A DNA stretch of 64,000 bases, from assembly GCA_951406725.2 (NCBI GenBank), contig OX597818.1, positions 82,088,001 through 82,152,000 of the forward strand, in the 5' to 3' direction. This DNA comes from Octopus vulgaris. Taxonomy: Eukaryota. Made by a program: the position numbers and the translations under genes. Of this stretch, positions 27,679 through 42,519 are shown piece by piece; position 1 is the first letter of the stretch, and each line of letters starts with the position of its first letter. The notes under the pieces were generated by a model that was not told where the DNA came from, made no database searches, and saw only the letters and a list, made by a program, of their open reading frames with translations.

Positions 27679-29259
27679 ATATGCTTCAACACACGAACTC
27701 ATATAAAGAATCTTGCAAACTAAATCCAAAAACGAAATAATGTATTTAAGTTATCATTATCATCCGCTCGGGTGACTTTCCCAGACGAATGGAACTCCTC
27801 CGTGCCAAATGTCCCGATCAAGCGAAGTGGCATGAACATCTCACTTCTATTCTTGGTCATATTAGTCTTTTACTTGCTGATGTATCATATCTGCGCTCCC
27901 CATATCTACAGGTGATACTTGTTCGCAAACTGAACTAGTTTATTGTGGCCATTGGCAATTTGCTGACTCTTCCACATCTCATTATCTAGTGATATTCACC
28001 ATTGATTCATTCAGATTTATTTTCGGATATAGTTCACATCAACCATGCTGCATTCCATGACTTCAACGTCCTGGTTATGTCTTTAAACTGCATCAGGAAG
28101 TGGAGCCCTGGTTCCGGTGATCCAGGTTTGAAGAGTGTAGAACCAATCCTTAACAACTAATGTTCCCAGGTGTACTCTGACCCGTAGTAGTCACATCTGT
28201 TAAGATCCCAGCTATAGAGTCAATAGCATGAAACTACCCAAGCCAAGGTATGTTGAAATCATGTGATATTAATGTAATGGTAATTTCAATACATGGATCG
28301 TATAATTATTTAGCAGGTTTGGGCGTACACATGCCAGTCACTAAAGCAACAGAGAGTGAGAAACAATTACTGCAGTTAAAAATTCGAGGATGGAAGTATT
28401 GAGTGTAATGGTTCACGGTAAATAATTAATCATTACTTCGTCTAATCAAATAAATTTATTATCATACGTGTCTTATATAATGGTTTCAGTACAGATTGAA
28501 AGTAAGCATGTAAATTTGTGTATTCAGGTGAGTTTAGTCTCAGTTCTCTTAAGTGGTTAAACCGACTTGTAAAATATTTCTTACAGATAATTTTCTGGAT
28601 CGGTGATCTATATTATTAAATAGAACAAATCTAAAGACGACATACAGCTGCACGACATATGAAAATACTATTGCCCTCTAATATGAAAAATTTAATAACA
28701 AGTTAAGCGACAAAATTGGCAAAGACTAAATGCACAAGCAGATATACAAACGCATTTTCGTGAAAGGATTGTCTAACAGGCTGTACTTAACTGTGCATAA
28801 ATTCTAAGCTGATATAGCGGAAGAGAAATTTAAACAACATCAAACTCTATCACACTTCTCTCATCTTAATTACAGAAAAGTGGAATGCAGCAAAATTATC
28901 CAGAATGTATAAATGCATATGCAATATTTCCGACTGGCTAAATCGTTCGCTTCGCAACTTCTTTGGCTCCGTTCGAACCCATTCCGTGATAATGTGAGCA
29001 AATAATATTTTCATATGAAATTTTCATATTTAAATTGGATACATGGAACCCGTATAGAATCTTCTCCGGTGAATTTTGCATGTAATTAAAAAAGGTAACA
29101 ACAGCCATGTCATACTCTGGGTCACTCTGATTCGGCCTTAGAATTAAATTATGGATGCACGTGTCAACTGTTTACACGATAATTCGGAATTGGCAGCATT
29201 AAGGCGTTAGATGGGTTATGACGTTATGGTAAATCACTTGCAGGGCACCGTTCTACATC

Positions 29260-30045
29260 AAGATCGAGAGATTACGTCCGCCGAAGAAGCGGCGAAAGGT
29301 TATCTCGTGCCTGTGTGAAGAGACAGTGAAATATGAGGGACGCAATGTAATGGTATGGTGAGTGATCACTGCTGATGGATACTGTCCACTTATTCGCCTA
29401 CAAAGGACTGTCAATGCCGAAATCTACAAGCAGTTTCTTAAACAGTGTGCCTTTCGATATCTCCGATCCTCGTCCGTTTAGCCTCCTATCTTCATGCAGG
29501 TCAATACTCCCTGTCACACTGCGAAGAGAGTCAAAGATGTTGTGAGTGATAAAGGGGTTGGTCTCATGGACTGGCTACCTCAAACTCCAGATCTCAGCCC
29601 TATAGAAAACGTTTGGCAGATTATTGGAGATGGGTTCGGAGGGGAAATCCAAAGAACCAACATGAATTATTGAAAAACGAATGGAACAATATTACTCCAT
29701 CATTTTGCAAGAAATTAATTCAGTACCGTGGTAACAGTTATCAGGAGGTCATTGATAGTAAAGGAATGTTCTCAAAATATTAATGGTAAGGGTTTCTTTT
29801 CTGTTCTTGTTCCACTTTTCATTGTATTCTAAGTGACCCTTAAATTTTGGCTGTTGCAGTGTGGAAAATAATTTGTTTATTTTCTCATAACTTACGAAAT
29901 AGTTATTCCATTCACTTGAAATTTTCACGAAAGATAGATATTTGATATATCACAGTATGTATTGAATATCTAGTCTCCACGTTTTGTTAATCTTCTATAA
30001 TAAATATTTCAAATCACTTGTTCACTTATATTATGGCTGCCACTG
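29260..30045 (+). mobile_element. Tc1-like (DD34E) transposon remnant, 3' half with right TIR
   Basis: YVRRRSGERL..VKYEGRNVMVW...IFMQVNTPCHTAKRVKDVV..GVGLMDWLPQTPDLSPIENVWQII; right end ttgttcacttatattatggctgccactg|TA. Confidence 0.88.
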
Positions 30046-30062
30046 TATATCTACACACAAAT

Positions 30063-30560
30063 ACACGGGATGGAGCATGCAAAAGAAGTCCGGGTTCGGT
30101 AGCTTCATGCAAATAAATGTATACGCACGAGAAAGTACCCAGCCTTTCGTTTGTGTGTCATTGTGTTATTTCGACCGCCTGTAACAGCTATTCAGAAGCC
30201 ATGTGCAGTAATTAACTAGTTTACTCTTGTCATTCACTTTTAATTGCTCTACACATGTGAAATGATATGCGTTCAACTTTAAATTATCAACACCAATTTG
30301 CATGACCTCCTGAGCATGTGAGACTGCTGTACCAATTTCCGTGTTGACTTTTTCGGACTTCGACCAATGACCTGAGTAACTTTAACGAATATCTTGAATG
30401 AATTCTGGCGTTCGAACTGACCCCGTAGCACGCCTCTTCTTAATCAAGATTTGTATCGTTCTCTTTGTAGTAACAACGGTGACTCTTGCAAAGGAAACAC
30501 TGCAAGCCTTTTCATGTCTGCAGATTTATTTCTATATTTCAACCATGCTCCGTAGCCCTG
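30063..30560 (-). mobile_element. Tc1/mariner-superfamily remnant (N-terminal HTH region)
   Basis: Minus frames: IQILIKKRRATGSVRTPEFI, VIGRSPKKSTRKLVQQSH, LKLNAYHFTCVEQL; terminal ...catcccgtg|TA. Confidence 0.55.
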
Positions 30561-30649
30561 GCTATTTTTTCTTGCACCACCTTGAACACATGTGTGTATG
30601 CATACACACACAAACACGTACACACACAGACATAAATGTCTATACATAC

Positions 30650-31087
30650 ACGAGGGTGGGCTATAAAATTCATAGGCTAAAAATAAAGAAGGGATGCTAG
30701 AGCTGCGATGTATTACATGCATTAATTTTAAATATGCATATTAAAACCTGCATTGTTTCTTTCCAGGTAAACTGGTATTTGGCTGTTCAAGTAAAGCTTC
30801 AAATGTTACTAGTGGCAACTTCTCTTGAAATTGGTCAAAAATTGGCATCTAGGTGTTGCCAAGTATCTGTAGAAAAAGTGTCTAACCCCCAACGACATTC
30901 TTGCTGGCATCGTTTCTATATTAAGGGTTAACGTTGTGGCTGTGTGGTAAGTAGCTTGCTTACCAACCACATAGTACCGGGTTCAGTCCCACTGCGTGGC
31001 ACCTTGGGCAAGTGTCTTCTACTATAGCCTTGGGCCGACCAAAGCCTTGTGAGTGAATTTGGTAGACGGAATTTGGTAGACGTCGTA

Positions 31088-31156
<69 letters not shown>

Positions 31157-31790
31157 GTATGTGTGTGTGTATATGTTTGTGTATTTGTGTTTGTCCCCCC
31201 AACATCGCTTGACAACCGATGCTGGTGTGTTTACGTAACTTAGCGGTACGGCAAAAAAGACTAATAGAATAAGTAGTAGGCTTACAAAGAATAAGTCCTG
31301 GGGTCGATTTGCTCGACTAAAAGCGGTGCCTTAGCATGGCCACAGTCAAATGACTGAAACAAGTAAAAGAGTAAAAGAGTAAATAGAGTGCAAATATGGG
31401 CAGCAGAAATTAAAAGAAGGGAGAGATCTGAAGATGTCTGAAGGTCTTTATATTCTGCAATGGCAACCACTAAGGATAACACTGATCGTATTCAGCACAT
31501 GGCCATGGATGATAGCTGATTGATTATGTATCACATAGCCTACGCTATTAGCATATCCCGTAAGAGTGTTGAGAATATTCTCCAAAACGACGAAGTGAGC
31601 GCCAAGTCTTCTGTCATCTGATCAAAACTGCACCAGGCTGAACGCATCATGTGAAAATATGACAGTACTTTAAGGAAGATCCAGCTGGCTTCCTTCAATA
31701 TTTCGTAAGCCAGGAGGATTGTACGGTTCATCATGTACAAAGAGACAATCCATGTAGTTGAAACTGCCTTCCTCACCATCTTCGTTTCAT
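30650..31790 (+). mobile_element. Mariner remnant interrupted by a SINE
   Basis: Left end tacacgagggtgggctataaaattc; KNWHLGVAKYL*KKCLTPNDILAGIVSILR [SINE] VQIWAAEIKRR..ATTKDNTDRIQHMAMDD..IAYAISISRKSVENILQN; FKEDPAGFLQYFVSQED. Confidence 0.8.
30936..31388 (+). mobile_element. tRNA-derived SINE, family B, near full length
   Basis: A-box gtggctgtgtggtaa, B-box gggttcagtccc, internal (TA)n(TG)n, tail (aagagta)n. Confidence 0.93.
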
Positions 31791-32059
31791 TTGCAAGGAA
31801 TGCAAACACACACACACACATACAGAAACACACATATTTGTGAGTGAGGTGCAGTAAGAGGAGGAGAGAGGTGGAATAACAGAAATATAGAGATAGACAC
31901 TCGAAGATGTATGGAATGCGGAAAATAGTAAACACAGTACATTGTATTGTTAGAGAAAGGATTTCAAGAGTCGACGACCGATGGTCGTCGGCACTACAAA
32001 CAGACGTCTGCGCCGCCGTCACCACCGTCACAGCTACCACTACTGCAAGCACCATCGCT

Positions 32060-32203
32060 GACAACAACAACAACAACAACAACAACATTAACAGCAGTAT
32101 CAACCTTAGTATATTCAGCATCAGCATCAGCAACAGCATCAGCATCAGCATCATCATCCTCCTCCTCATCATCATCATCACCACCATCATCATCATCATC
32201 ATT

Positions 32204-32265
<62 letters not shown>

Positions 32266-32368
32266 AATCATCACCATCATCATCATCACCATCAGCATTG
32301 TCACCATCATCATTGCCATCACCAAAGACGTTTCGTCTGTATGTAATTCCGACAATATTAATAACGTC

Positions 32369-32442
<74 letters not shown>

Positions 32443-32535
32443 TAATAATGACGATGATGATGATATCATCAACAACAACAACCTAAACATTTATAACAAC
32501 TATAACGACATCAATAACAACAGCAACGACAATAT
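32060..32535. repeat. (AAC)n-(CAG/CAT)n-(AAT)n compound field
   Basis: Direct reading; explains ORFs 31540-32490, 31907-32575 and others. Confidence 0.95.
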
Positions 32536-32841
32536 TATTGCAAGTGGCGCCAAGAACGGAGACATCGATCTTTAGCAGATGTACACACGTTTATAAGTAC
32601 ATGGCAATACCAAATTCACTATCGTATACGCGCGTACTTCCATTCAAGAACTCATTCGTAGTCTCTTACAAACACACACACACACACGCACACAAACACA
32701 CACACATACATTTACGGATATACAGATGCATACTTACCTACATACATACAAACGTACGTACATATATACATAGATACAAACATGAATATAATCATACATA
32801 TATGTGTGTATGTATATTATATATATATATCTGTATATGTG

Positions 32842-32874
<33 letters not shown>

Positions 32875-32970
32875 CTTTGTTTACCGACTAGGCTATCAGA
32901 TGTTGCTATACATCGCTGGTCACAATGCACTTCGAAATTGTTTTAGCCTTCAAATGGCTAAGCGAGCAGG

Positions 32971-33018
<48 letters not shown>

Positions 33019-33074
33019 CACGTACATATCTATATATGTATACATGTATCTATGAATATATGCGTATATATCTT

Positions 33075-33782
33075 TGTGTGCTGTCTGTCTCCTACGATTT
33101 AGATTCCTAACTACTCCCACATTTTGCAGTGCAGTTTAACCAAAACCGGGTATCTTATAGTCGTGATTCATATCGAGCCCTTCTGGGTATTAGCGCGCGT
33201 CTACGATGAGTCTACGATTTAAAAAAAAAATTACCATCAATCTTTCCCATTTTAATGTATTTTTGGCATATAAAGGGTAAAGACCCCCTTCGGTCATGAA
33301 TGACCATGGGATTGCACCTAGAAAGTTACCCTCCTAGACACAAGTCCGGGCAAGGTTGTTTATGGAAGGCTAGCAGTCGCCCATGCATACCAGCCTCCCC
33401 TCTCCACGCCACCAGTGTTATCCAAGGGAAAGACAAAGGTCGATACAGCTTGGCACCTGTGACGTCGCAACTCATTTCTACAGCTGAGTGAACTGGAGCA
33501 ACGTGAAATAAAATGCCTTGCTCGAGAACACAACACGCAGCCCGGTCCGGGATTCGAGCTCACAACCTCACGATCGTAAGCTCGACGCTCTAACCACTGA
33601 GCCATATAAGGGAAGTAACTCTCTAAAAATTTATTATTAAATCTCAGAACGTAAAAAGCTACAGTAACACCCCCTCCTTTGTTGTTAGCCATATTGAGAT
33701 GGCTATTATACTTTACATCTCTAAAAATGCTTATATAGTCATTTCCCTTACAAACCCGAGCAACACCGGACGATACTGCTAG
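33075..33782 (+). mobile_element. Non-autonomous Helitron-like element carrying a nested SINE
   Basis: 5' ctgtctgtct...gtttaaccaaaacc region; 3' acccgagcaacaccggacgatactgCTAG|T; 3' segment shared with 56490-56540. Confidence 0.75.
33274..33604 (-). mobile_element. tRNA-derived SINE, family D, well preserved
   Basis: Minus head tggctcagtggttagagcg (A box), gagctcgaatcccgg (B box); tail gggggtctttaccctt; flanked by catataa(a)ggg on both sides (TSD-like). Confidence 0.9.
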
Positions 33783-33842
33783 TATATGTATATATGTATC
33801 TATCTGTCTGTCTGTCTGTCTATTTATCTATCTATCAATCTC

Positions 33843-33912
<70 letters not shown>

Positions 33913-34224
33913 TACACCATATGAACATATTTGAGATCATTATGAATATCATATACTCTTTTTAAATAACCAGGCTGGGATTATAGCAATAGCTGTAACA
34001 ACCAGCAGCAACACCGCCATTAACATCACTACCGGCGCCTCCATCATTACAACAACAACAACGATATTAATAGTTGTAATATTGGCAATAATAATTAGAG
34101 TTATCTGAAGGAACGTCTAAAGCGGTCACAGTAAGCGTAATTTCCTGCTACCATGAAGGCCATTGCCACCACCATCATCATCACACTCATCATTACAATA
34201 ATCCATTATTACTATTATGAGAAT

Positions 34225-35732
<1,508 letters not shown>

Positions 35733-35935
35733 ATCGGACCAGAATCCCGATTTAGATAATGCCTTAATAACTAATATTTGCTTCAATAACGGCGGAACTG
35801 TTCGACTGAACCAACAGAATAGAGCTGTTCTAATTCCATCCAATTTTCTCATAGAATTAGATTCTTATGAAAATAGGAATTGAGAATGAAATGGACCGAA
35901 ATGGTATCTGTAACAGAAACGGCGTATGGTTATGG

Positions 35936-35982
<47 letters not shown>

Positions 35983-36210
35983 TGTATGAATGTATGTATG
36001 TATGTGTGTGCGTGTAATTATGTTTATATCCATATGATACTATATATGTATATATCTATCAGCATGTGTGTGTATGTGATATATATGTACCTATGATATA
36101 CGTATCAATCTATTTCGCTGTCAATCTGTCTACATATGTGCACATATATGTATATATATGTACATGAATGTATATATATATATTTGCAAATGGCTGTGTA
36201 CATCACACGC

Positions 36211-36245
<35 letters not shown>

Positions 36246-36689
36246 CATGCACATACACGTATATATGCATATTGTCCTTGTGCAATTATAAATTTGTCCA
36301 ACTTTAGTTCTATTTATGGTAGATTTAACCCGCGAAAAGGATAAGTGAATGAATTTATTGCGTTTCAAATAGCTTCATTCTTGAGAATGATAAGTTTCAA
36401 CTTACCGTCATCACGGATATAAGCTGTGATTCCATTCGAAATTTCTAGAAATACGTTTTGCAGCTGATTCCTGCAGCACCATGCATCATTTTAGGAATTG
36501 AGAAGCGGTTATCGTCCAGAGTTGAATAAACAGTGACGTTTACTTATCTCTTTAAAATGAAGTGGACGTAATTAATTGATTCCTTTGTTTTCTTCATTAA
36601 CAATTATTACAATTTTTCTGGGTTCACATCGATAAAATAAATGGATGCTGGTTACTGTCACCATATTACGGTGAAGTTGCCGTGAGAGT

Positions 36690-36800
36690 GAAAACTCCAG
36701 TGCTTTGGAGAGATTAGATGTCTTCAAATCTAAACTGGATATCTTACTGCCAAGAGTCATATACTTCACAGCAAGAAGTAGGAATGAGTGCAGATGCATC
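36690..36800 (+). mobile_element. Possible CR1-like LINE 3' end fragment
   Basis: DVFKSKLDILLPRV resembles the FK..LD..L terminal motif of CR1-clade ORF2. Confidence 0.3.
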
Positions 36801-36917
36801 TGTTTCACTCTTTCATCAAACGCCAACATTTCAAGGCGGATTAATAAAGTGGTAATATTACCTGTTCGTGGTGCCTTGAGCAGAAACCCCAAAATATATG
36901 TGTTTAAATATATATTT

Positions 36918-37068
36918 CGGGTTCTGAACTCTGCGTGGTAACTTGGGTAAGTGTCGTCTACTGTAGCCCTGGGTTGACCAAAACCTTGTGTATGGACTTG
37001 CTAGACGGAAACTGAAAGACGTCTGTCGTATATATATATGTGTGTGTATATATATATATATATATCTG

Positions 37069-37120
<52 letters not shown>

Positions 37121-37250
37121 TATATATGTGTGTGTGTGTGTGTTTGTGTGTGTATTTCAGTGGCTGTGTGTTAACTAACTTGCTTCCCAATCACATGGTT
37201 CCGGGTTCAGTCCCACTGCGTGCCAGCTTGGACAAGTGTCCTCTACTGTA
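36918..37250 (+). mobile_element. Two partial family-B SINE heads separated by a microsatellite
   Basis: gggttctgaactctgcgtgg...gacggaaactgaaaga (36918-37029) and gtggctgtgtg...ccgggttcagtcccactgcg (37160-37250). Confidence 0.8.
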
Positions 37251-37284
37251 TACTCGGGCACACACATACACACACTCTCTCTCG

Positions 37285-37324
<40 letters not shown>

Positions 37325-37336
37325 CACGCACACACG

Positions 37337-37368
<32 letters not shown>

Positions 37369-37371
37369 CTG

Positions 37372-37553
37372 ATAGAATCGTTAGCGCACCTGCCAAAATA
37401 CTTACCGGTGTTTCTTCAGTCTCGACGTTCTGAGTTCAAATTCACCCGAGTTCGACTTTGCCTTTCGGTATATACCAGTTGAATACTGGGATCGATGCAA
37501 TCGACTTACTCTCTCCTCCAAACCAGCTGGCCTTAGCCAAAATTTGAAGCCAT
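37372..37553 (+). mobile_element. SINE family A
   Basis: agaatcgttagc...cgttctgagttcaaattc...gactttgcctttc...gctggcctt..ccaaaatttgaa. Confidence 0.8.
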
Positions 37554-38085
37554 TGCTGTATAACGCCAGGCAATATAAGTTTATGAAAATTGCTAAAGGT
37601 TAATGTACTCTCACGTTGGATTTAAGTATTTTGGAGTTATGAGACTTTCTTCGGGAAATGTATGGAGAAATTTGGTTACGAGCTGACTTCCCTGTTGTGT
37701 AGTTGGTGCATATGCCGAGTTGCTTTGTATAATTCATTCTCAATTTCGCAATGCTTCGTCTTGCGTGGGGTGTTTCTGTAGAATTCTTTCGGGTGAATTT
37801 TGAAAACTGAGCTGGGTTTTAACTCCTATGTATACTTTATTGACGGTGCTTCAGATGTAGAATTCTACATCAGAATGACCACCTGTTTGCTTGTCTCTCT
37901 ATTTCTCTGTCTCTCTGTCGCTGTCACGCTGTCTGGGCCTGTATTTCGGTATCTATATCTTTCTATCTCTCTCTCTCTGACTCTGACTCTGTCTCTGCCT
38001 GCCTGTCTGTTTCTTTCAGTCTCACTCTCTCTCTATTTCCCTCTATTTGTCTAGATATCTATATCTTTATCTGTATGTACATATA

Positions 38086-38152
<67 letters not shown>

Positions 38153-38228
38153 GTATGTATACATATATATACATATATACATATATATATATATATACAT
38201 ATGTATGTATACATATAAACATATGTTA

Positions 38229-38899
38229 GTCATAATATATAGTGTACATTTAAACACATAAATAATCCACTCGTGGAATTCAACACGTTAGAAAGAACAT
38301 CTAGGTTCTATAAAATTCGACAGGAACGAAATGGGACTAAATTTTTACACGTTAGGCCACTGGAGGTGAAAATTTTAATTAATTTGCTATCCCCCTTTGA
38401 TATGTTTAAGTATTATAATATTTTTGGATAATTTTCGATTTGAAATGGTATTTTTTATTGCCGTCTAAAGGCTACGTGTGCGCAGTAGATTTTGAAATAA
38501 TAGGATATATAAACGGGAGGCATATAGTTTGATTGCCTCGTTGTTTATATATTTAACCCAAGGTTTACCTGTTGAGGACGATTTCACCTCGTCAGCAAAT
38601 ATTATTTATTTGCTTGCTAAACTAAAATCAAAAACCTATTGGTCCAGGAAACTTGATGATAAAATGTTTTTATTTTTTTATTTCGTTCCTGTCGAATTTC
38701 ATCCCTAATGTTCGTGGTTATTGAACCTAGCTGTTCTTTCTAACGTGTTAAATTCCACGAGTGGATTCCTTATGTCTTTAAATGTACACTATAGTTTATG
38801 AGTATTTCATAGTCTTTTGGGACTAAATTTTTACACGTTAGTCCACTGGAAGTGAACATTTTAATTAATTTTCCATTTCCCTTTGATATGTTTAAGTAT
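38229..38899. repeat. Inverted-plus-direct repeat structure (A-B-C-A'-B), Penelope-like
   Basis: A (38229-38331) is inverted at 38681-38800; B (38333-38413) is repeated directly at 38819-38899. Confidence 0.85.
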
Positions 38900-39578
38900 A
38901 TATATATAGGTATGTACATATATGAATGTATAAATGCATATATATATGCTATTTCTATCATTATGTGATCGAACGCCACACATCCATTTCCAAGTAACTT
39001 TTATATTAATAATTCTGATGCGCAATCTACAACTATCTTTATTCTCAGTTTATTCAGCTATTCAGCTATTATTATTCCGTCTTTCTGTTTTTCTTCGCCT
39101 TCCCCATTAACTGTTCTCTTTCTCCCCCTCACTTTTCCTCCTTGACTCTCTCGTTGCTCACATGTGACCAGCAGCTATCGTTCTTTTTTCCTCTTGCTTT
39201 ACAAGAGAAGGACCTACTTATGCCTGTCTCCTGTCATAGCTCCTTTCTCCAGCGTGCATCACTTTAATTCGTTATGGCTTAAGAGCCCTTGCTTGTTTTT
39301 ACTGTATTATTACCACTTTAACCCTCCGAAAAAATCTGCTTTGCGGGAACGACTGCTTTAACGAAGTCACGTCTAGTCCGTGGAGCAGATACAACAGGGG
39401 GCAACTGATGAAGGGATTGTTCTTTATGTTGCCTCTCTTGTTTCTCTATTTGTTTCTTTCGTTGTTCGAAAAAAGTTCATTTTCCATGTTTTGTTTTTAT
39501 TGTTCTCGATTTTCATTTTGTTCAGGCTTTATTGACGTCCTGTACATGCATTTATATATATACCTATATATGTATATA

Positions 39579-39623
<45 letters not shown>

Positions 39624-39747
39624 CTTATTTATATTACACACACACATATATATATATATATATATGCATACATATACACATATATACATACATATACATG
39701 CATATACAGATATAGATATAGATATCTAGAGAGATAACTAGAGGGAA

Positions 39748-39791
<44 letters not shown>

Positions 39792-40401
39792 TGAATGATA
39801 CAGATAGACAAAAAGTTAAACAACCGCTAGTGACACATCCTTATTCATATCATATAACCATTACGTGCACTCAACACAGCTACAAAGAGACAGATAGAGC
39901 CAAGGAAGAGCGTTCTAAATGCAAGAAATAACAGTAAAATCTACCTCAAAATCCCTTCCTGTCGTCTTAGGAAATGACACATTCTATGATTTGGTGCTGA
40001 ATTCTATTCAAAAAACACCACCACGACTGGAATAATTTTGATCACAAGTCTATTCGATGACGGTTTACCTGAGGCTATACAACAACAACAACAGCAACAA
40101 CGACGATGACAACAAAGATAAAATCAACAGCAGACGTTACAACAATAACAACTGCATCATTAAGAACAATAACCGCATCAACAAGAAGCCATGAATACTA
40201 AAGGCCAATGAGGTATTTGAGTTGCTAGAAATAGCAGTTGAATCTCTCTAGAATTACATCATTTGGATTGAAAAATGAGAGACACATTGGACAATGTAGT
40301 AATGCTAAATGTTGCAGTGAAAGAAAGCGTCGAGGCTAGAAAGCCTTTATATTTTAGCTCTGTTAAATCCAATGTAACTTGAGATAAGACAACAGTGACA
40401 A

Positions 40402-40850
40402 CGTAGGCGTGGCCGTGTGGTAAAAAGCTTGCTTCACAACCACATAGTTCCGGGTTCAGTACCACAGCGTGGCAACTTGGGCATGTGTCTTCCACTGTAG
40501 CTTCGGGCCGACCAAGAAAGCCTTGTGAGTAGATTTGGCAGACGGGAACTGAAACAAGCCTCAGTGTGTGTGTGTGTGTGTGTTTGTGTGTGTATGTGTA
40601 TTTGTATGTGTATGTGAGTGTAGTATATTTTCGTGTGTGTGTATGTATTTCTGTCTGTGTTTGTCTCCCCGTCCGCTATCACTTGACAACCGGTGTATTT
40701 ACATCACTGTAAAGTAGCGGGTCCGCAAAAGAGAGACCGATAGAATATGTATCAAGCTTACAAAGAATAAGTCCTGGGGTCGATTTCTTTGACTAAAAGG
40801 CTGTGCTCCAGCATGATCTCAGTCAAATGACTGAAAAAGGTAAACAAAAA
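40402..40850 (+). mobile_element. SINE family B
   Basis: ggcgtggccgtgtggtaa head, ccgggttcagt, internal (TG)n, agtcaaatgactgaaa tail. Confidence 0.9.
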
Positions 40851-40949
40851 TAGAAGAATGAATTACAATCAAAACCACATTATGAGTACAATTCCTCCTA
40901 CTTGGTGCACAAGGCTAGGAAATCCGAGAGGTGAGGCGGGCAATATCAA

Positions 40950-41480
40950 TCCAAGTTCAAATTCCGCCGTGGTCGATAAATTAAGTACCAGATGCGTAGA
41001 AGGGTGGATCTAATCGACTGACGCTCCTACTCAAAAAATTCCGGGCCTTGTGCCTAAATCAGAAAAGAATAATTAAGTCGGCGAACTGGCAGAATCGTTA
41101 GCACACCGGGGGAAATGCTCAGCGGGATTTCGTCTGCCGTTACGTTCTGAGTTCAAATTCCGCCGAGGTCGACTTTGCTTTTCATCCTTTCGGGGTCGAT
41201 TAAATAAGTACCAGTTACGCACTGGGGTCGATATAATCGACTTAATCCGTTTGTCTGTCCTTGTTTGTCCTCTCTGTGTTTAACCCCTTGTGGGTAATAA
41301 ATAAAATAGATATTTCGTCTTTCTTTGCGTTCGGAGTTCAAATTCCACCGAGGTCGACTTTGCCTTTAATCCTTCCGGGGTCGATAAATTAAGTACCAGC
41401 TGCGCACTGGGATCGATCTAATCGACTGATTTTTTCCCCCTAAAATTTCGGGGCTTGTGCCTAGAGTAGAAAAGAATATC
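40950..41480 (+). mobile_element. Cluster of three head-to-tail family-A SINE pieces
   Basis: gttcaaattcc.ccg.ggtcga recurs at ~40955, ~41151 and ~41336, each followed by a.taagtaccag. Confidence 0.88.
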
Positions 41481-41526
41481 GACCCAAGTACATGGTTAGT
41501 ACTTTATTTATCGATCTTGAGACATT

Positions 41527-41740
41527 GCTAGTGGTTAGAGTGACTTATGATCATGGTTTCGATTCGAAGAGGGCGGCTCATTGGGTTCGCAAAGGAAACA
41601 TTTAATTTCACATTGTTCCAGTCCTATCCGCTCAAAAATGAGTAAATCTCTGACGGAGTAGTGACCCCCAAATACGGTAACGCTTTGATCGCCCATCACT
41701 TTTATGCCAGTGAAACCGAGCTAACTGTCCTACGGGTCAT
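41527..41740 (+). mobile_element. Degraded SINE, family E
   Basis: tagtggttagag...ggtttcgattc head; atttcacattgttccagtcc...aaaaatgagta; gaaaccg; similar to 54673-54895. Confidence 0.55.
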
Positions 41741-41932
41741 ACAGTATGAAACAATAATGTCAAGGGGTGGTTGTTGATGATGATGATAATAAAGAATCGA
41801 TGAAAGCCATTTGCGATTTGAACGCAGAACCTAGAGTCTGAAGAAATACCGCTAAGGTGTTTGACCCATGAGCAAACGGTTCTTCCCACCGCACCATCAT
41901 CACAGGCATTCTCGATGTCACCATTATCTCTG

Positions 41933-42403
<471 letters not shown>

Positions 42404-42519
42404 AGCACCAACATTGTCAATCAATTTTGCCATCATTAAAAGAAACTCGGTCACAGATGGTCAAATTATCTTTTCTAGAATATGCTTCTTCAGCAGAATC
42501 TGATTGTGAGCGCGCATGC

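Noticed and set aside
27760-28230. Possible RTE-like LINE tail followed by another interspersed repeat
   Set aside because: Similarity is too decayed to support boundaries or a family call from sequence alone.
31540-32490. 316-aa ORF, the longest in the track
   Set aside because: Poly-L/M translation of (AAT)/(CAT) repeats running into the antisense of a mariner relic; no domain.
33535-33605. tRNA gene
   Set aside because: The A/B boxes run directly into a SINE body and there is no complete acceptor stem; the same applies to the other SINE heads.
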